DNA of 64,000 bases from an uncultured Gemmatimonadaceae bacterium (GTDB lineage: Bacteria > Gemmatimonadota > Gemmatimonadetes > Gemmatimonadales > Gemmatimonadaceae). Below are positions 19,351 to 28,878 of the stretch, in pieces. The position numbers were made by a program, and so were the translations under genes. The stretch covers positions 8,799-72,798 of the forward strand of contig CAYMKQ010000002.1 of NCBI GenBank assembly GCA_964391175.1, written 5' to 3'. The number at the start of each line of letters is the position of its first letter. Position 1 is the first letter of the stretch. Below the pieces are notes generated by a model. It made no database searches. It saw only the letters and a list, made by a program, of their open reading frames with translations, and was not told the origin of the DNA.

Positions 19351-20933
19351 TGGCTGAAGCGAAGATGGTGAACCTCACGATCGAAGGCCGCCCGGTCAGC
19401 GTCGCCGAGGGCACTACGATCCTGGAAGCCGCGAAGACGGTTGGCGTCCTCATTCCGCATTACTGCTATCACCCGGGCCTGCCCGTCGCGGGCGTGTGCC
19501 GAATGTGTCTCGTCGAGGTCGAGAAAGCGCCCAAGCTCGCGCCCGCCTGCGCAATGACGGTGGCGGAGGGCCAGGTCGTCCACGTCCATTCGGCGAAATC
19601 GCTCGACGCGCGCAAGGGCGTGCTCGAGATGCTGCTTATCAATCACCCCCTCGACTGTCCCATCTGCGACCAGTCCGGTGAATGCGAGCTTCAGGATTAC
19701 ACATTCCAGGAAGGGCGCGAGGATTCGCGCTATCGGGAGCCGAAGCGCTTCAACCCCGCCGAGGATTTCGGCGGAGACGTGGTCTACGTTCCCAATCGCT
19801 GCATCCTCTGCACCCGGTGCGTGAGATTCATGGACGATGTCGCGCACGATCCGGTGCTGAACGTGAGCGAGCGCGGCGATCGCGCAGTGATCGGCAAGTT
19901 CGAGGGTCATGACCTCACCCACCCGTGGGCCGCAAACGTCGTCGATCTCTGCCCGGTCGGCGCGCTGCTCTCGAAGGATTTCCTCAACAAGGCGCGCGCC
20001 TGGGAGCTCGATCGGACGGCGTCCATCTGCCCCAACTGTACGCAGGGTTGCAACGTCATCATGGAGACGCGTGAGAATCAGGTGGTGCGCATGCGGCCGC
20101 GTCCGAACGAGAACGTGAACGCGTTCTTCATGTGCGATTGGGGAAGGCTCAACTATCGCTGGATGAATGAGAAGAACCGGGTCGAGCTGCCCATGGTTAA
20201 CGAAGGTGGAGCATTGGCCACTACTACTTGGGAGCGCGCGATCGCCGCCGCGGCAAAGGTGTTGAGCGGCAAGAAGGTGTTCGTCGCCGCATCACCGATG
20301 CTCTCGAACGAGTCGCTCTTCCTGCTCACCCAGCTGATGCAGGGAGGCAGCGGGGCGTTTCGCGTCACTGAAGGGGAGGAAGCGCCTCTCGCCGGCGTGC
20401 CGGATCTCGCTCTCCGCCGCGAGCGCGCAGCCAATGTCCATGGCGCCGAGACGCTCGGCTTCCGTAAGACGCAGGACCTGCTGGCGGGACTCGAGAAGGA
20501 TGCGGTCCTCGTCATCGCGGGCGAAGACCTGGCTGGAGTCGATCCATCCGCCCTGTCGCGCGCGAGCGAGATCGTCGTGATCAGCTCGGTGCTTCCAGCC
20601 GCCGCGTCCAACGCGTCGGTCGTCCTCCCGATAGCCAACTTCGCCGAAGAGGAGGGAACCGTCACCAACCTGCGCGGCCGGGTCCAGCGCTTCACGCAGG
20701 CGAGACAGGCGCCTGGCGAGACGCGACCCAGTTGGCTCGTGCTCGGTGACCTGCTGGGCGCGATGGGCAAGCAGTCGGGCTTCTTCCTGCCGTCCGACGT
20801 GTTCGCTGCCCTCGCGTCTACCAACGAGGCATTCTCAGGCCTGAGCTACGACTCGATCGGCTTCAAGGGACTTCCGCTCGCGACCGCGCCTGCAGGCGGC
20901 CCCAAGGCTCCGCTTGCGATGGGTGCGGCATGA
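19350..20933 (+). CDS. nuoG: NADH-quinone oxidoreductase subunit G (short form, 527 aa)
   Basis: CYHPGL..AGVCRMC, HPLDCPICDQSGEC, CILCTRC, CPVGAL, CPNCTQGC motifs. Confidence 0.94.
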   Translation: MAEAKMVNLTIEGRPVSVAEGTTILEAAKTVGVLIPHYCYHPGLPVAGVCRMCLVEVEKAPKLAPACAMTVAEGQVVHVHSAKSLDARKGVLEMLLINHPLDCPICDQSGECELQDYTFQEGREDSRYREPKRFNPAEDFGGDVVYVPNRCILCTRCVRFMDDVAHDPVLNVSERGDRAVIGKFEGHDLTHPWAANVVDLCPVGALLSKDFLNKARAWELDRTASICPNCTQGCNVIMETRENQVVRMRPRPNENVNAFFMCDWGRLNYRWMNEKNRVELPMVNEGGALATTTWERAIAAAAKVLSGKKVFVAASPMLSNESLFLLTQLMQGGSGAFRVTEGEEAPLAGVPDLALRRERAANVHGAETLGFRKTQDLLAGLEKDAVLVIAGEDLAGVDPSALSRASEIVVISSVLPAAASNASVVLPIANFAEEEGTVTNLRGRVQRFTQARQAPGETRPSWLVLGDLLGAMGKQSGFFLPSDVFAALASTNEAFSGLSYDSIGFKGLPLATAPAGGPKAPLAMGAA

Positions 20934-22216
20934 GCGCTCTCCTGCATTGTTACGGACTCCTGCAGGCAGCGGATCCCAATCGAGCGCCTGTGAGCGGAAC
21001 TCCGTTTTTCCTGTTCACCATCGTGAAGATGGTCGTCGTCTTCACGATCTACATGGTCGGCGTGGCGCTCCTTACTCTCGCCGAGCGAAAGATCTCTGCA
21101 TGGATTCAGGACCGTCACGGTCCGAACCGCGTCGGAAAGGGGTGGCTCCAGCCGGCGGCCGACGGCCTCAAGAACTTCATGAAGGAAGAGACGATGCCCG
21201 CCGGGGTGAACAAGCCCCTCTTCGTTCTCGCTCCGGTCCTCTCATTCGTCCCGGCGCTCACGGCCTGGAGTGTGATCCCCTTTGGCGCGCCGATGCCGAC
21301 GCGCTGGGGAAGGATCGACATGGTCGTCGCGGACCTTCCGGTCGGCTTTCTCTTCATTCTCGCCCTCACCTCCCTCTCGGTTTACGGCATCGTGATCGCC
21401 GGATGGTCCTCGAACAACAAGTACGCGCTGCTCGGCGGGCTTCGGTCAAGTGCCCAGATGGTGTCCTACGAGATCTCGATGGGATTGTCGACGATTCCGG
21501 TTCTGCTGCTCGCGGGGAACGTCAGCCTGAACTCGATCATCAACCAGCAGGCGTGGGGCGGGTGGAACATCGTGAATCTCACTGTTGCGTTCTTCATCTT
21601 CATGGTTGCCGCCTTTGCGGAGACCAACCGGCTGCCGTTCGATCTGCCCGAGGCCGAATCGGAGCTGGTCGCCGGCTACCACACCGAGTACAGCGCCATG
21701 AAGTTTTCGCTCTTCTTCATCGCCGAGTACGCGAGCATGGTGACAGCGAGCGCACTGATGGCGACCCTCTTTTTCGGGGGTTGGGATGTCCCGTTCACCT
21801 CGAGAGACAACATCGGGCCCTACAGCGGCTGGCTCACGCTCCTCTCGATCGGGATCTTCCTGCTCAAGATTCTCTTCTTCCTGTTCCTGTTCATGTGGGT
21901 TCGCTGGACGCTCCCGCGTTTCCGGTACGACCAGCTGATGTCGCTCGGCTGGAAGTTCATGCTGCCGCTCGCGCTCTTCTATATAGTGCTGATCGCGGCG
22001 GTGATGCTGGGCCTGAGCGCCGCGGGGATCCAGCCTGGTCTGTTGTACGCGACGATCCTCGGCTCACTCAACGTCGCCCTCATGATCGTGCTTTTCGCGA
22101 TACTCGATCGGGGCCGGATCATCAGTCCCGCATACGGGAGGATGCACCCGAGAGAGGTCGAGCGCATGCGACAAGTCACCAGACGCGCCCAACTGGCCGC
22201 GGAGGCAGGCAGATAA
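20930..22216 (+). CDS. nuoH: NADH-quinone oxidoreductase subunit H
   Basis: ERK...QDRHGPNRVG, ADGLK, AETNRLPFDLPEAESEL, PRFRYDQLM motifs. Confidence 0.97.
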   Translation: MSALLHCYGLLQAADPNRAPVSGTPFFLFTIVKMVVVFTIYMVGVALLTLAERKISAWIQDRHGPNRVGKGWLQPAADGLKNFMKEETMPAGVNKPLFVLAPVLSFVPALTAWSVIPFGAPMPTRWGRIDMVVADLPVGFLFILALTSLSVYGIVIAGWSSNNKYALLGGLRSSAQMVSYEISMGLSTIPVLLLAGNVSLNSIINQQAWGGWNIVNLTVAFFIFMVAAFAETNRLPFDLPEAESELVAGYHTEYSAMKFSLFFIAEYASMVTASALMATLFFGGWDVPFTSRDNIGPYSGWLTLLSIGIFLLKILFFLFLFMWVRWTLPRFRYDQLMSLGWKFMLPLALFYIVLIAAVMLGLSAAGIQPGLLYATILGSLNVALMIVLFAILDRGRIISPAYGRMHPREVERMRQVTRRAQLAAEAGR

Positions 22217-22716
22217 TGGCAATCAACGTGAAGGTCGTCGAACGGCCGGTCGAGGATGTCAGCTACGTCCGCGCTACGCTCAAGGGTATGGCGCTGACGG
22301 TCAAGCACCTCTTCGATGTCCATGGAAGAGTCACCACGCAGTATCCTGAGGAGAAATCGCCGATCTCTCCTCGGTGGCGCGGGACCCACCGCATGCTCAC
22401 CACCGAGACGGGCAAGGCGAAATGCGTGGCGTGCGGGCTCTGTCCGACGGTGTGCCCGGCCAACTGCATCAAGCTGGTGCCGGGCGAGGACGAGGAAGGG
22501 AACCGGTATCCGCTCGTGTTCGAGATCGACGAGTTCCGCTGCATCTTCTGCGGCTACTGCCAGGAAGTCTGCCCCGAAGAGGCAATACACGTGGGCAGGC
22601 ACTACGAGAACTCAGAGTACAGCAGAGACGGCTTCGTCTACGATCTCCAGAGGCTCATGGATCAGTCCCACCCGGTGTGCGAGATGTGGGACCCCGAAGA
22701 CCCGAAGGGCGCGTAA
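22216..22716 (+). CDS. nuoI: NADH-quinone oxidoreductase subunit I
   Basis: Two CxxCxxCxxxCP ferredoxin motifs and TTQYPEE. ATG 22216 overlaps the nuoH stop. Confidence 0.96.
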   Translation: MAINVKVVERPVEDVSYVRATLKGMALTVKHLFDVHGRVTTQYPEEKSPISPRWRGTHRMLTTETGKAKCVACGLCPTVCPANCIKLVPGEDEEGNRYPLVFEIDEFRCIFCGYCQEVCPEEAIHVGRHYENSEYSRDGFVYDLQRLMDQSHPVCEMWDPEDPKGA

Positions 22717-23267
22717 TGGAGCCGCACTACCCGCTCTTCTACCTCTTCCACTTCTACCTCTTCGGAGTCATCGCGCTCGCCTCGGCGATCGCCTTCGTGA
22801 CACGCAAGAGTCCCGTTGCCGCCGCGCTCTGGCTGGTGAACACGATGTTCAGCCTCGCCGCTCTCTTCGTGATGCTCGACGCCCAGTTCATCGGCGTCAT
22901 CCAGGTTCTGGTCTACGCGGGCGCCATCATGGTCGTGTTCGTATTCGTGATCATGCTCCTCAATCTCGGGCACCCGTCCGAGTTCGCGTACGCGCGTGGC
23001 AAATGGTGGAAGCTCGCGGCGGGCCTCGTCGGTCTCGTTCTGCTCGCTGAGATCATGGTAATCGGTCGGACCAGGATTCCCGAGTCGCTGGTCGTCCCGC
23101 GCGGCTTCAACGAGCAGCAATTCCAGAAGCTGAACGCGGTGGGCACGATCGCCAAGCCGCTCTTCAACGAGTACCTGCTCGCGTTCGAGCTCACGAGCGT
23201 CCTTCTGCTCGTCGCGATCGCCGGAGCCGTCGTGCTGGGAAGAGGGAGGACGGTCGGTGCTCGCTGA
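22716..23267 (+). CDS. nuoJ: NADH-quinone oxidoreductase subunit J
   Basis: [20 protein letters not shown] motifs. Confidence 0.95.
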   Translation: MEPHYPLFYLFHFYLFGVIALASAIAFVTRKSPVAAALWLVNTMFSLAALFVMLDAQFIGVIQVLVYAGAIMVVFVFVIMLLNLGHPSEFAYARGKWWKLAAGLVGLVLLAEIMVIGRTRIPESLVVPRGFNEQQFQKLNAVGTIAKPLFNEYLLAFELTSVLLLVAIAGAVVLGRGRTVGAR

Positions 23268-23550
23268 GTCCCTCGCGCTTACGGCCGCGCTCTTCACGAT
23301 AGGTGTGATCGGAGTCCTGATCCACAGGAACGCGATCATCATCTTCATGTGCGTCGAGCTGATGCTCACGGCGGTGAATTTGACGTTCGTGGCATTCTCC
23401 CGGTATTACGGGGCCGCGGGCCAGGTATTCGTCGTGTTCGTGATGACCGTCTCGGCGGCAGAGGCCGCGGTGGGGCTCGCGATCATCATCGCGATCTTCC
23501 GGCACCGTAAGACGATCAATCTGAAGGACATCAATCTGCTGAAAGGCTGA
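23257..23550 (+). CDS. nuoK: NADH-quinone oxidoreductase subunit K
   Basis: [17 protein letters not shown] motifs. Confidence 0.96.
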   Translation: MLAESLALTAALFTIGVIGVLIHRNAIIIFMCVELMLTAVNLTFVAFSRYYGAAGQVFVVFVMTVSAAEAAVGLAIIIAIFRHRKTINLKDINLLKG

Positions 23551-25775
23551 TGCTGATACAGACGGCGATCACCGGAGCCGCGGCGGGAAGCGCACACCCG
23601 TTATCGGGGACAATGGCGGAGTGGGTATGGCTGCTCCCGCTGCTCCCGCTCGCCGGGTTCGTCATCAACGGCCTTCTCTCGCTCAACAGCGCGCGACTGG
23701 GGCCCGCTGACCCGAACACTCCCGACCACCATCCACACTCGGAAGGAGCCGCCGAGGCTGCCGCGGTGGCTCACGCAGAGCAGGCGGGCGCCCTGGGCGA
23801 CGACCACCATGCGGCAAAGCGACATCGCTGGGCGACCGTCACGAGCATCGTCGGTCCGGGTGTTCTGGTGCTGGCCTTTCTGCTCGCCCTGGGAATCTTC
23901 AGCGCGATGATCGGCGGCGGGATCGATACGCCGTTCGTTCAGACCTACTTCAGCTGGATGCCTGTTGGTGACCTGATGATCGACGCCGCGTTTCAGCTCG
24001 ATCAGCTGTCGATGGTCATGGTCCTCGTCATCACGGGCGTCGGAGCGCTGATCCACATCTTCAGCGTCGGATACATGAGGGAAGATCCCGGATATCCGCG
24101 CTATTTCTCATACCTCAATTTGTTTGTCTTCTTCATGCTGGTGCTCGTGCTTGGGGCCAACTACCCGATCCTGTTCGTCGGGTGGGAAGGAGTCGGCCTC
24201 TGCTCGTATCTCCTCATTGGATTCTGGTTCTCCGACAAGGCGAACTCCGACGCGGGCAAGAAGGCGTTCATCGTCAACCGGATCGGCGACTTCGGGCTCC
24301 TGGTCGCGATGTTCCTTCTGTTCGCCAATCTTGGAGTGCTCGATTTTGTCGGAGTGAACTCGCGGGTGCTGCAGCTCCAGGCCGGCGGCGCGCTGATAAC
24401 CGCAATCTGCCTTTTCATGTTCCTCGGCTGCGCCGGCAAGAGCGCGCAGATACCACTCTATGTCTGGCTGCCGGATGCGATGGCCGGTCCGACTCCCGTT
24501 TCGGCGCTCATCCACGCAGCCACGATGGTGACAGCCGGCGTGTATCTCATCGCCAGGAGCGCAGTGCTGTTTTCTCTGTCCCCGGTGGCGTCGCTGACCG
24601 TCGCGATCATAGGGGCGGTGACCGCTCTTTTCGCCGCGACGATAGGACTGAAGCAGTGGGACATCAAGAAGGTGCTGGCGTATTCGACGATCTCCCAGCT
24701 CGGCTACATGTTCATCGGCGTCGGAGTGGGCGCGTATGTGTCGGGCGTGTTCCATCTCGTTATGCACTCATTCTTCAAGGCACTGCTGTTCCTTGGCTCC
24801 GGCTCCGTGATTAACGCGATGCACGCCGCGTATCACCGGACGCACAGTCACGACGATGCGCAGGACATGCGCAACATGGGCGGCATGCGGCGCTATCTCC
24901 CGATTACCTGGATCCTGATGTGGATCGCGACGCTGGCGATCGCCGGGATTCCGCCTTTTGCCGGGTTCTTCTCAAAGGACGAGGTCCTCGCGTCCGTCTT
25001 CGAGCGCGCGCACGGATCGACGCTCGCCTCGGCGGCATGGCTCGGAATTCCCGGAAGCGCGCTTCTCTACGTCATCTACGGGATCGGCCTGATCTCGGCG
25101 TTCCTTACGGCGGTCTACATGACGCGAATGATGCTCTACACCTTCCACGGGCCGAACCGGACGGGAGCAGACGAAGAGAAACACCTGCACGAAGCGCCGT
25201 GGGTGATGACGGGGCCGCTGGTCGTCCTTGGGATTCTGAGCGTGATCGGCGGATGGCTCGATCTGCCTGAGGTCATCACCGACCTGATTCCGATCGGACC
25301 CCGCGAGCTGATGGGACACTGGCTCCAACCGGTAGTCGGAACGGCGACAGCGAGAGTCAGCGCCGGCGAGACCCACGTCGCCGTTGCGATTGAAGAAATC
25401 TTGATTGGTGTCGCGGTCCTCGTCGCGATCGCAGGTATCGCGTTCGCGGTCGTACGACTGCGGCCCGGCCGGCTGGTCCGGAAGCGAGACTCGGTTCCAG
25501 AGCGTGGATTCGAGCGCGTGCTCGTCAACAAGTACTTCGTGGACGAAGGGTTTGACAAGGCAATCGTCATGCCGACCTACGCGATCTCGCGCAATCTTCT
25601 CTGGCGTTTTGTCGACAACGGTCTGATCGATGGCTTGTTCGTGAACGGCAGCGCGGCGGTTGCGCGCGGATTCGGGTGGTTGGGCTCGCGGCTCCAGACG
25701 GGGAATACCGGGGTCTACGCCTGGGTTCTGGTCGCTGGCGTCGTGGCGGTTCTCGGCGCCTTCACTCTCAGGTGA
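23550..25775 (+). CDS. nuoL: NADH-quinone oxidoreductase subunit L
   Basis: GWEGVGLCSYLLIGFW, NRIGD, GKSAQ.PL..WLPDAMAGPTPVSALIHAATMV motifs. Confidence 0.97.
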   Translation: MLIQTAITGAAAGSAHPLSGTMAEWVWLLPLLPLAGFVINGLLSLNSARLGPADPNTPDHHPHSEGAAEAAAVAHAEQAGALGDDHHAAKRHRWATVTSIVGPGVLVLAFLLALGIFSAMIGGGIDTPFVQTYFSWMPVGDLMIDAAFQLDQLSMVMVLVITGVGALIHIFSVGYMREDPGYPRYFSYLNLFVFFMLVLVLGANYPILFVGWEGVGLCSYLLIGFWFSDKANSDAGKKAFIVNRIGDFGLLVAMFLLFANLGVLDFVGVNSRVLQLQAGGALITAICLFMFLGCAGKSAQIPLYVWLPDAMAGPTPVSALIHAATMVTAGVYLIARSAVLFSLSPVASLTVAIIGAVTALFAATIGLKQWDIKKVLAYSTISQLGYMFIGVGVGAYVSGVFHLVMHSFFKALLFLGSGSVINAMHAAYHRTHSHDDAQDMRNMGGMRRYLPITWILMWIATLAIAGIPPFAGFFSKDEVLASVFERAHGSTLASAAWLGIPGSALLYVIYGIGLISAFLTAVYMTRMMLYTFHGPNRTGADEEKHLHEAPWVMTGPLVVLGILSVIGGWLDLPEVITDLIPIGPRELMGHWLQPVVGTATARVSAGETHVAVAIEEILIGVAVLVAIAGIAFAVVRLRPGRLVRKRDSVPERGFERVLVNKYFVDEGFDKAIVMPTYAISRNLLWRFVDNGLIDGLFVNGSAAVARGFGWLGSRLQTGNTGVYAWVLVAGVVAVLGAFTLR

Positions 25776-25783
25776 TCTGATCC

Positions 25784-27364
25784 ATGGCCGGTTTTCTCGA
25801 TTCGATAGGCTACAACAGCTGGGTTCTTCCGGCTCTGCTGCTGATACCTCTCGTCGGTGCGGCGATCATTCTCGTGCTTCCCAGCCGGGATCGTGGAGCG
25901 GCTGCAACCGGAGTGGAGAATCCGCTCGCCCGTCAGATGGCGTTCTACGTCTTCCTCCTCGAATTCATTGTATCGCTTGGGCTCTGGTGGTCATTCGACG
26001 CCGGGAACCGGGGCTGGCAGGCTGCCGTAGACGCTCCGTGGATTCCGACCTGGGGCGTGCGCTTCACGCTCGGCGTGGACGGAATCGCCCTGATGATGGT
26101 ACTGCTCACCACCTTCATCATGCCGCTCACCGTCCTCGGAGGCTGGACGAGCGTGCGTACAAAGCTGCGCAGCTACTACGCGCTTCTGCTGATTCTCACG
26201 ACCGGCATGGTCGGCGTTTTCCTCGCCAGGGACCTCTTCCTGTTCTACGTGATGTGGGAAGTGATGCTGGTGCCGATGTACTTCATCATCGGGATCTGGG
26301 GCGGGGAACGGCGGATCTACGCCAGCCTCAAGTTCTTCATCTATACGATGCTGCCGTCGCTGCTCATGCTGGTGGCGATCATCTACCTCGGTATCCACGC
26401 GCAGGACGCCTCTGGAACCCCCAATTTCAGCTACGACCACCTGCTGGCCGCCTCGAGCGTATCTCCGAGGGCAGCGCTGTGGCTGTTCGCGGCGTTCGCG
26501 TTTGCGTTCGCGGTCAAGGTCCCGATGTTTCCCTTCCACACCTGGCTGCCTGACGCACACGTGGAAGCGCCTACCGCCGGATCGGTGATTCTCGCCGGCA
26601 TCATGCTCAAGATGGGCACGTTCGGCTTCCTGAGATTCGCGCTTCCTCTTTTCCCCGGGGCCGCGATGAATCCGACGGTACGCACTGTCATACTCGTGCT
26701 CGCCGTAATCGGGATCATCTACGGAGCGCTCGTCGCGATGGTGCAGCCCGATTTCAAGAAGCTGGTCGCCTACTCGTCCGTGAGTCACCTCGGATTCGTG
26801 ATGCTCGGCATCTTCGCTCTCACGCTCCAGAGCGTGCAGGGAGCCATGATGGTCATGATCAATCACGGTATCTCGACCGGCGCCCTCTTCCTCCTGATCG
26901 GAATGATTTATGAGCGCAAGCATTCGCGTCTCATCGAATCCTATGGTGGAATAGCCCGTGTGGTGCCCATGTTCGCCGCGATCCTGACGTTCGTCTCGCT
27001 CAGCAGCATCGGCCTTCCGGGCACCAATGGATTCGTCGGCGAGTTCCTCGTGCTCGTCGGCTCGTTCCGCACCTATCCGGTACTGTCGACGATCGCGACG
27101 ACCGGAGTCATCTTCGCGGCCGCCTATCTCCTGTGGGCAATTCAGCGAATCCTCTTCAACCCGCTCGACAAGCGGGAGAATGCGAGCCTGACCGACCTCA
27201 ACGGGCGCGAGCTGACGCTGCTTGCCCCGCTCGTGGCGGCGATCATTTGGCTCGGTGTCTATCCGGCTCCCGTGCTTCGCAGGATGGAGGGCGCTTCTCA
27301 GCTTCTCGTCGACCGCGTCGAGCGACGCGCCGACGTCGCCGGCCTTGGGGGAGCCGCGCCGTAA
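25784..27364 (+). CDS. nuoM: NADH-quinone oxidoreductase subunit M
   Basis: WE.MLVPM, KVPMFPFHTWLPDAHVEAP, AYSSVSH, GLPGTNGFVGE motifs. Confidence 0.97.
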   Translation: MAGFLDSIGYNSWVLPALLLIPLVGAAIILVLPSRDRGAAATGVENPLARQMAFYVFLLEFIVSLGLWWSFDAGNRGWQAAVDAPWIPTWGVRFTLGVDGIALMMVLLTTFIMPLTVLGGWTSVRTKLRSYYALLLILTTGMVGVFLARDLFLFYVMWEVMLVPMYFIIGIWGGERRIYASLKFFIYTMLPSLLMLVAIIYLGIHAQDASGTPNFSYDHLLAASSVSPRAALWLFAAFAFAFAVKVPMFPFHTWLPDAHVEAPTAGSVILAGIMLKMGTFGFLRFALPLFPGAAMNPTVRTVILVLAVIGIIYGALVAMVQPDFKKLVAYSSVSHLGFVMLGIFALTLQSVQGAMMVMINHGISTGALFLLIGMIYERKHSRLIESYGGIARVVPMFAAILTFVSLSSIGLPGTNGFVGEFLVLVGSFRTYPVLSTIATTGVIFAAAYLLWAIQRILFNPLDKRENASLTDLNGRELTLLAPLVAAIIWLGVYPAPVLRRMEGASQLLVDRVERRADVAGLGGAAP

Positions 27365-27365
27365 A

Positions 27366-28874
27366 ATGAGCTTCGATCCCAGCATTCCGGCGCAGCTCTC
27401 CGCCGCGCTCGGACCAGATCTCCTGCTCATGGGCGGAGCGATGCTGCTCCTCCTCTGGTCGGCCTGGCGTCCGGAAAGCGATGCACACCAGCGAAACGTT
27501 GGCCTCCTCAGCATGGCGCTATGCGTGCTCGTGATGCTGGCCGTCGCGTACTACGCCTGGCAGGGGTACACCGCGATCAATGGCGTGATCGCCGTGGACA
27601 ACTTCCGCTGGGCGGCCGATGAGATATTTCTCGTCGCGACAATCGGCACGATCGCCATGTCGCTCGATTACAACCGGCGCGAGGGCATTACGGCGGGAGA
27701 ATCACACGTCCTGCTTTTGCTCGCGACCTCGGGGATGATGATCCTGGCCGCGGCGCGCGACCTCATCATCGTGTTTCTCGGGATCGAGCTCATGTCGATC
27801 GCGATCTACGTGCTGGTAGGAATTAACCGCCGGCGAGAGCGCTCGGCTGAAGGAGCAATCAAGTACTTCCTGCTCGGGGCGTTCTCGACCGCGTTCCTGC
27901 TGTACGGTATCGCCCTGGTGTACGGAGCGACGGGCGCGACGAATTTCGCCGCGATCGCGGCGAACATCGAGCGTCTGAACCTCGCGACGAGCGGGCTGCT
28001 TCTCGTGGGTTTGTCGCTGTTGGTGGTCGGGTTCGGCTTCAAGGTGGCGGCCGCGCCGTTCCATATGTGGGCGCCCGATGTATACGAGGGCGCACCGACG
28101 CCGATCACGGCATACATGGCGGCCGCGGTCAAAGCCGCTGCATTCGCTGCGTTCTTCCGGCTCTGGCTGGAAGCCTTCCCGAACCTCCTCACGACCTGGC
28201 ACGACCCGATCTGGTGGCTGGCCGTGGTGACGATGGTGGTAGGGAATCTGATCGCGCTGGCCCAGAGAAATATCAAGCGTCTTCTCGCATACTCGAGCAT
28301 CGCCCACGCGGGCTACATCCTTGTCGCCATGGTCGTCGGGACGCCGCTCGGGAGCGCGGCATTCATGTTCTACCTTTTCGCCTACACGATGGCGACGCTC
28401 GGCGCGTTTGCGGTCATCGTCGCCATGGGCGCAGCGGGCGAAGACAGAATGGGAGTCGAGGAATACTCGGGGCTCTGGAGCATCAGACCAGGACTCGCTG
28501 CCGCGATGGCCGTCTTCATGCTCGCGCTCCTCGGTTTCCCGATCTTCGGAGGCATTGGATTCTTCGCCAAGTGGTACGTGCTCCAGGCAGCGCTCCAGGC
28601 CCCAGCGCCTCAGACGAGACTCGCCATCATTCTCGTCCTCACGAGCGTAGTGAGCGCCGGCTACTATCTGTACGTGGTGATGGTGATGTTCATGAAGCCA
28701 AGCGACCCCGCCGCGCCTGTCCCTGCCCGCACGGGAGGCTGGACGCGCGCAGTCGTCTGGGGTTCCGCTGCCATCATCCTCGTTTTTGGCTTGTTCCCCG
28801 AGGCCCTCGTGTCGTTCGCGCAGCGCAGCACGCTGGGCATCCAGAGAGAGGCCGTGGCAGTCAGGCCGCGTTAG
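27366..28874 (+). CDS. nuoN: NADH-quinone oxidoreductase subunit N
   Basis: EGAIKYF, FKVAAAPFHMWAPDVYEGAP, KRLLAYSSIAHAGY motifs. Start at ATG 27366. Confidence 0.96.
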   Translation: MSFDPSIPAQLSAALGPDLLLMGGAMLLLLWSAWRPESDAHQRNVGLLSMALCVLVMLAVAYYAWQGYTAINGVIAVDNFRWAADEIFLVATIGTIAMSLDYNRREGITAGESHVLLLLATSGMMILAAARDLIIVFLGIELMSIAIYVLVGINRRRERSAEGAIKYFLLGAFSTAFLLYGIALVYGATGATNFAAIAANIERLNLATSGLLLVGLSLLVVGFGFKVAAAPFHMWAPDVYEGAPTPITAYMAAAVKAAAFAAFFRLWLEAFPNLLTTWHDPIWWLAVVTMVVGNLIALAQRNIKRLLAYSSIAHAGYILVAMVVGTPLGSAAFMFYLFAYTMATLGAFAVIVAMGAAGEDRMGVEEYSGLWSIRPGLAAAMAVFMLALLGFPIFGGIGFFAKWYVLQAALQAPAPQTRLAIILVLTSVVSAGYYLYVVMVMFMKPSDPAAPVPARTGGWTRAVVWGSAAIILVFGLFPEALVSFAQRSTLGIQREAVAVRPR

Positions 28875-28878
28875 CTCC

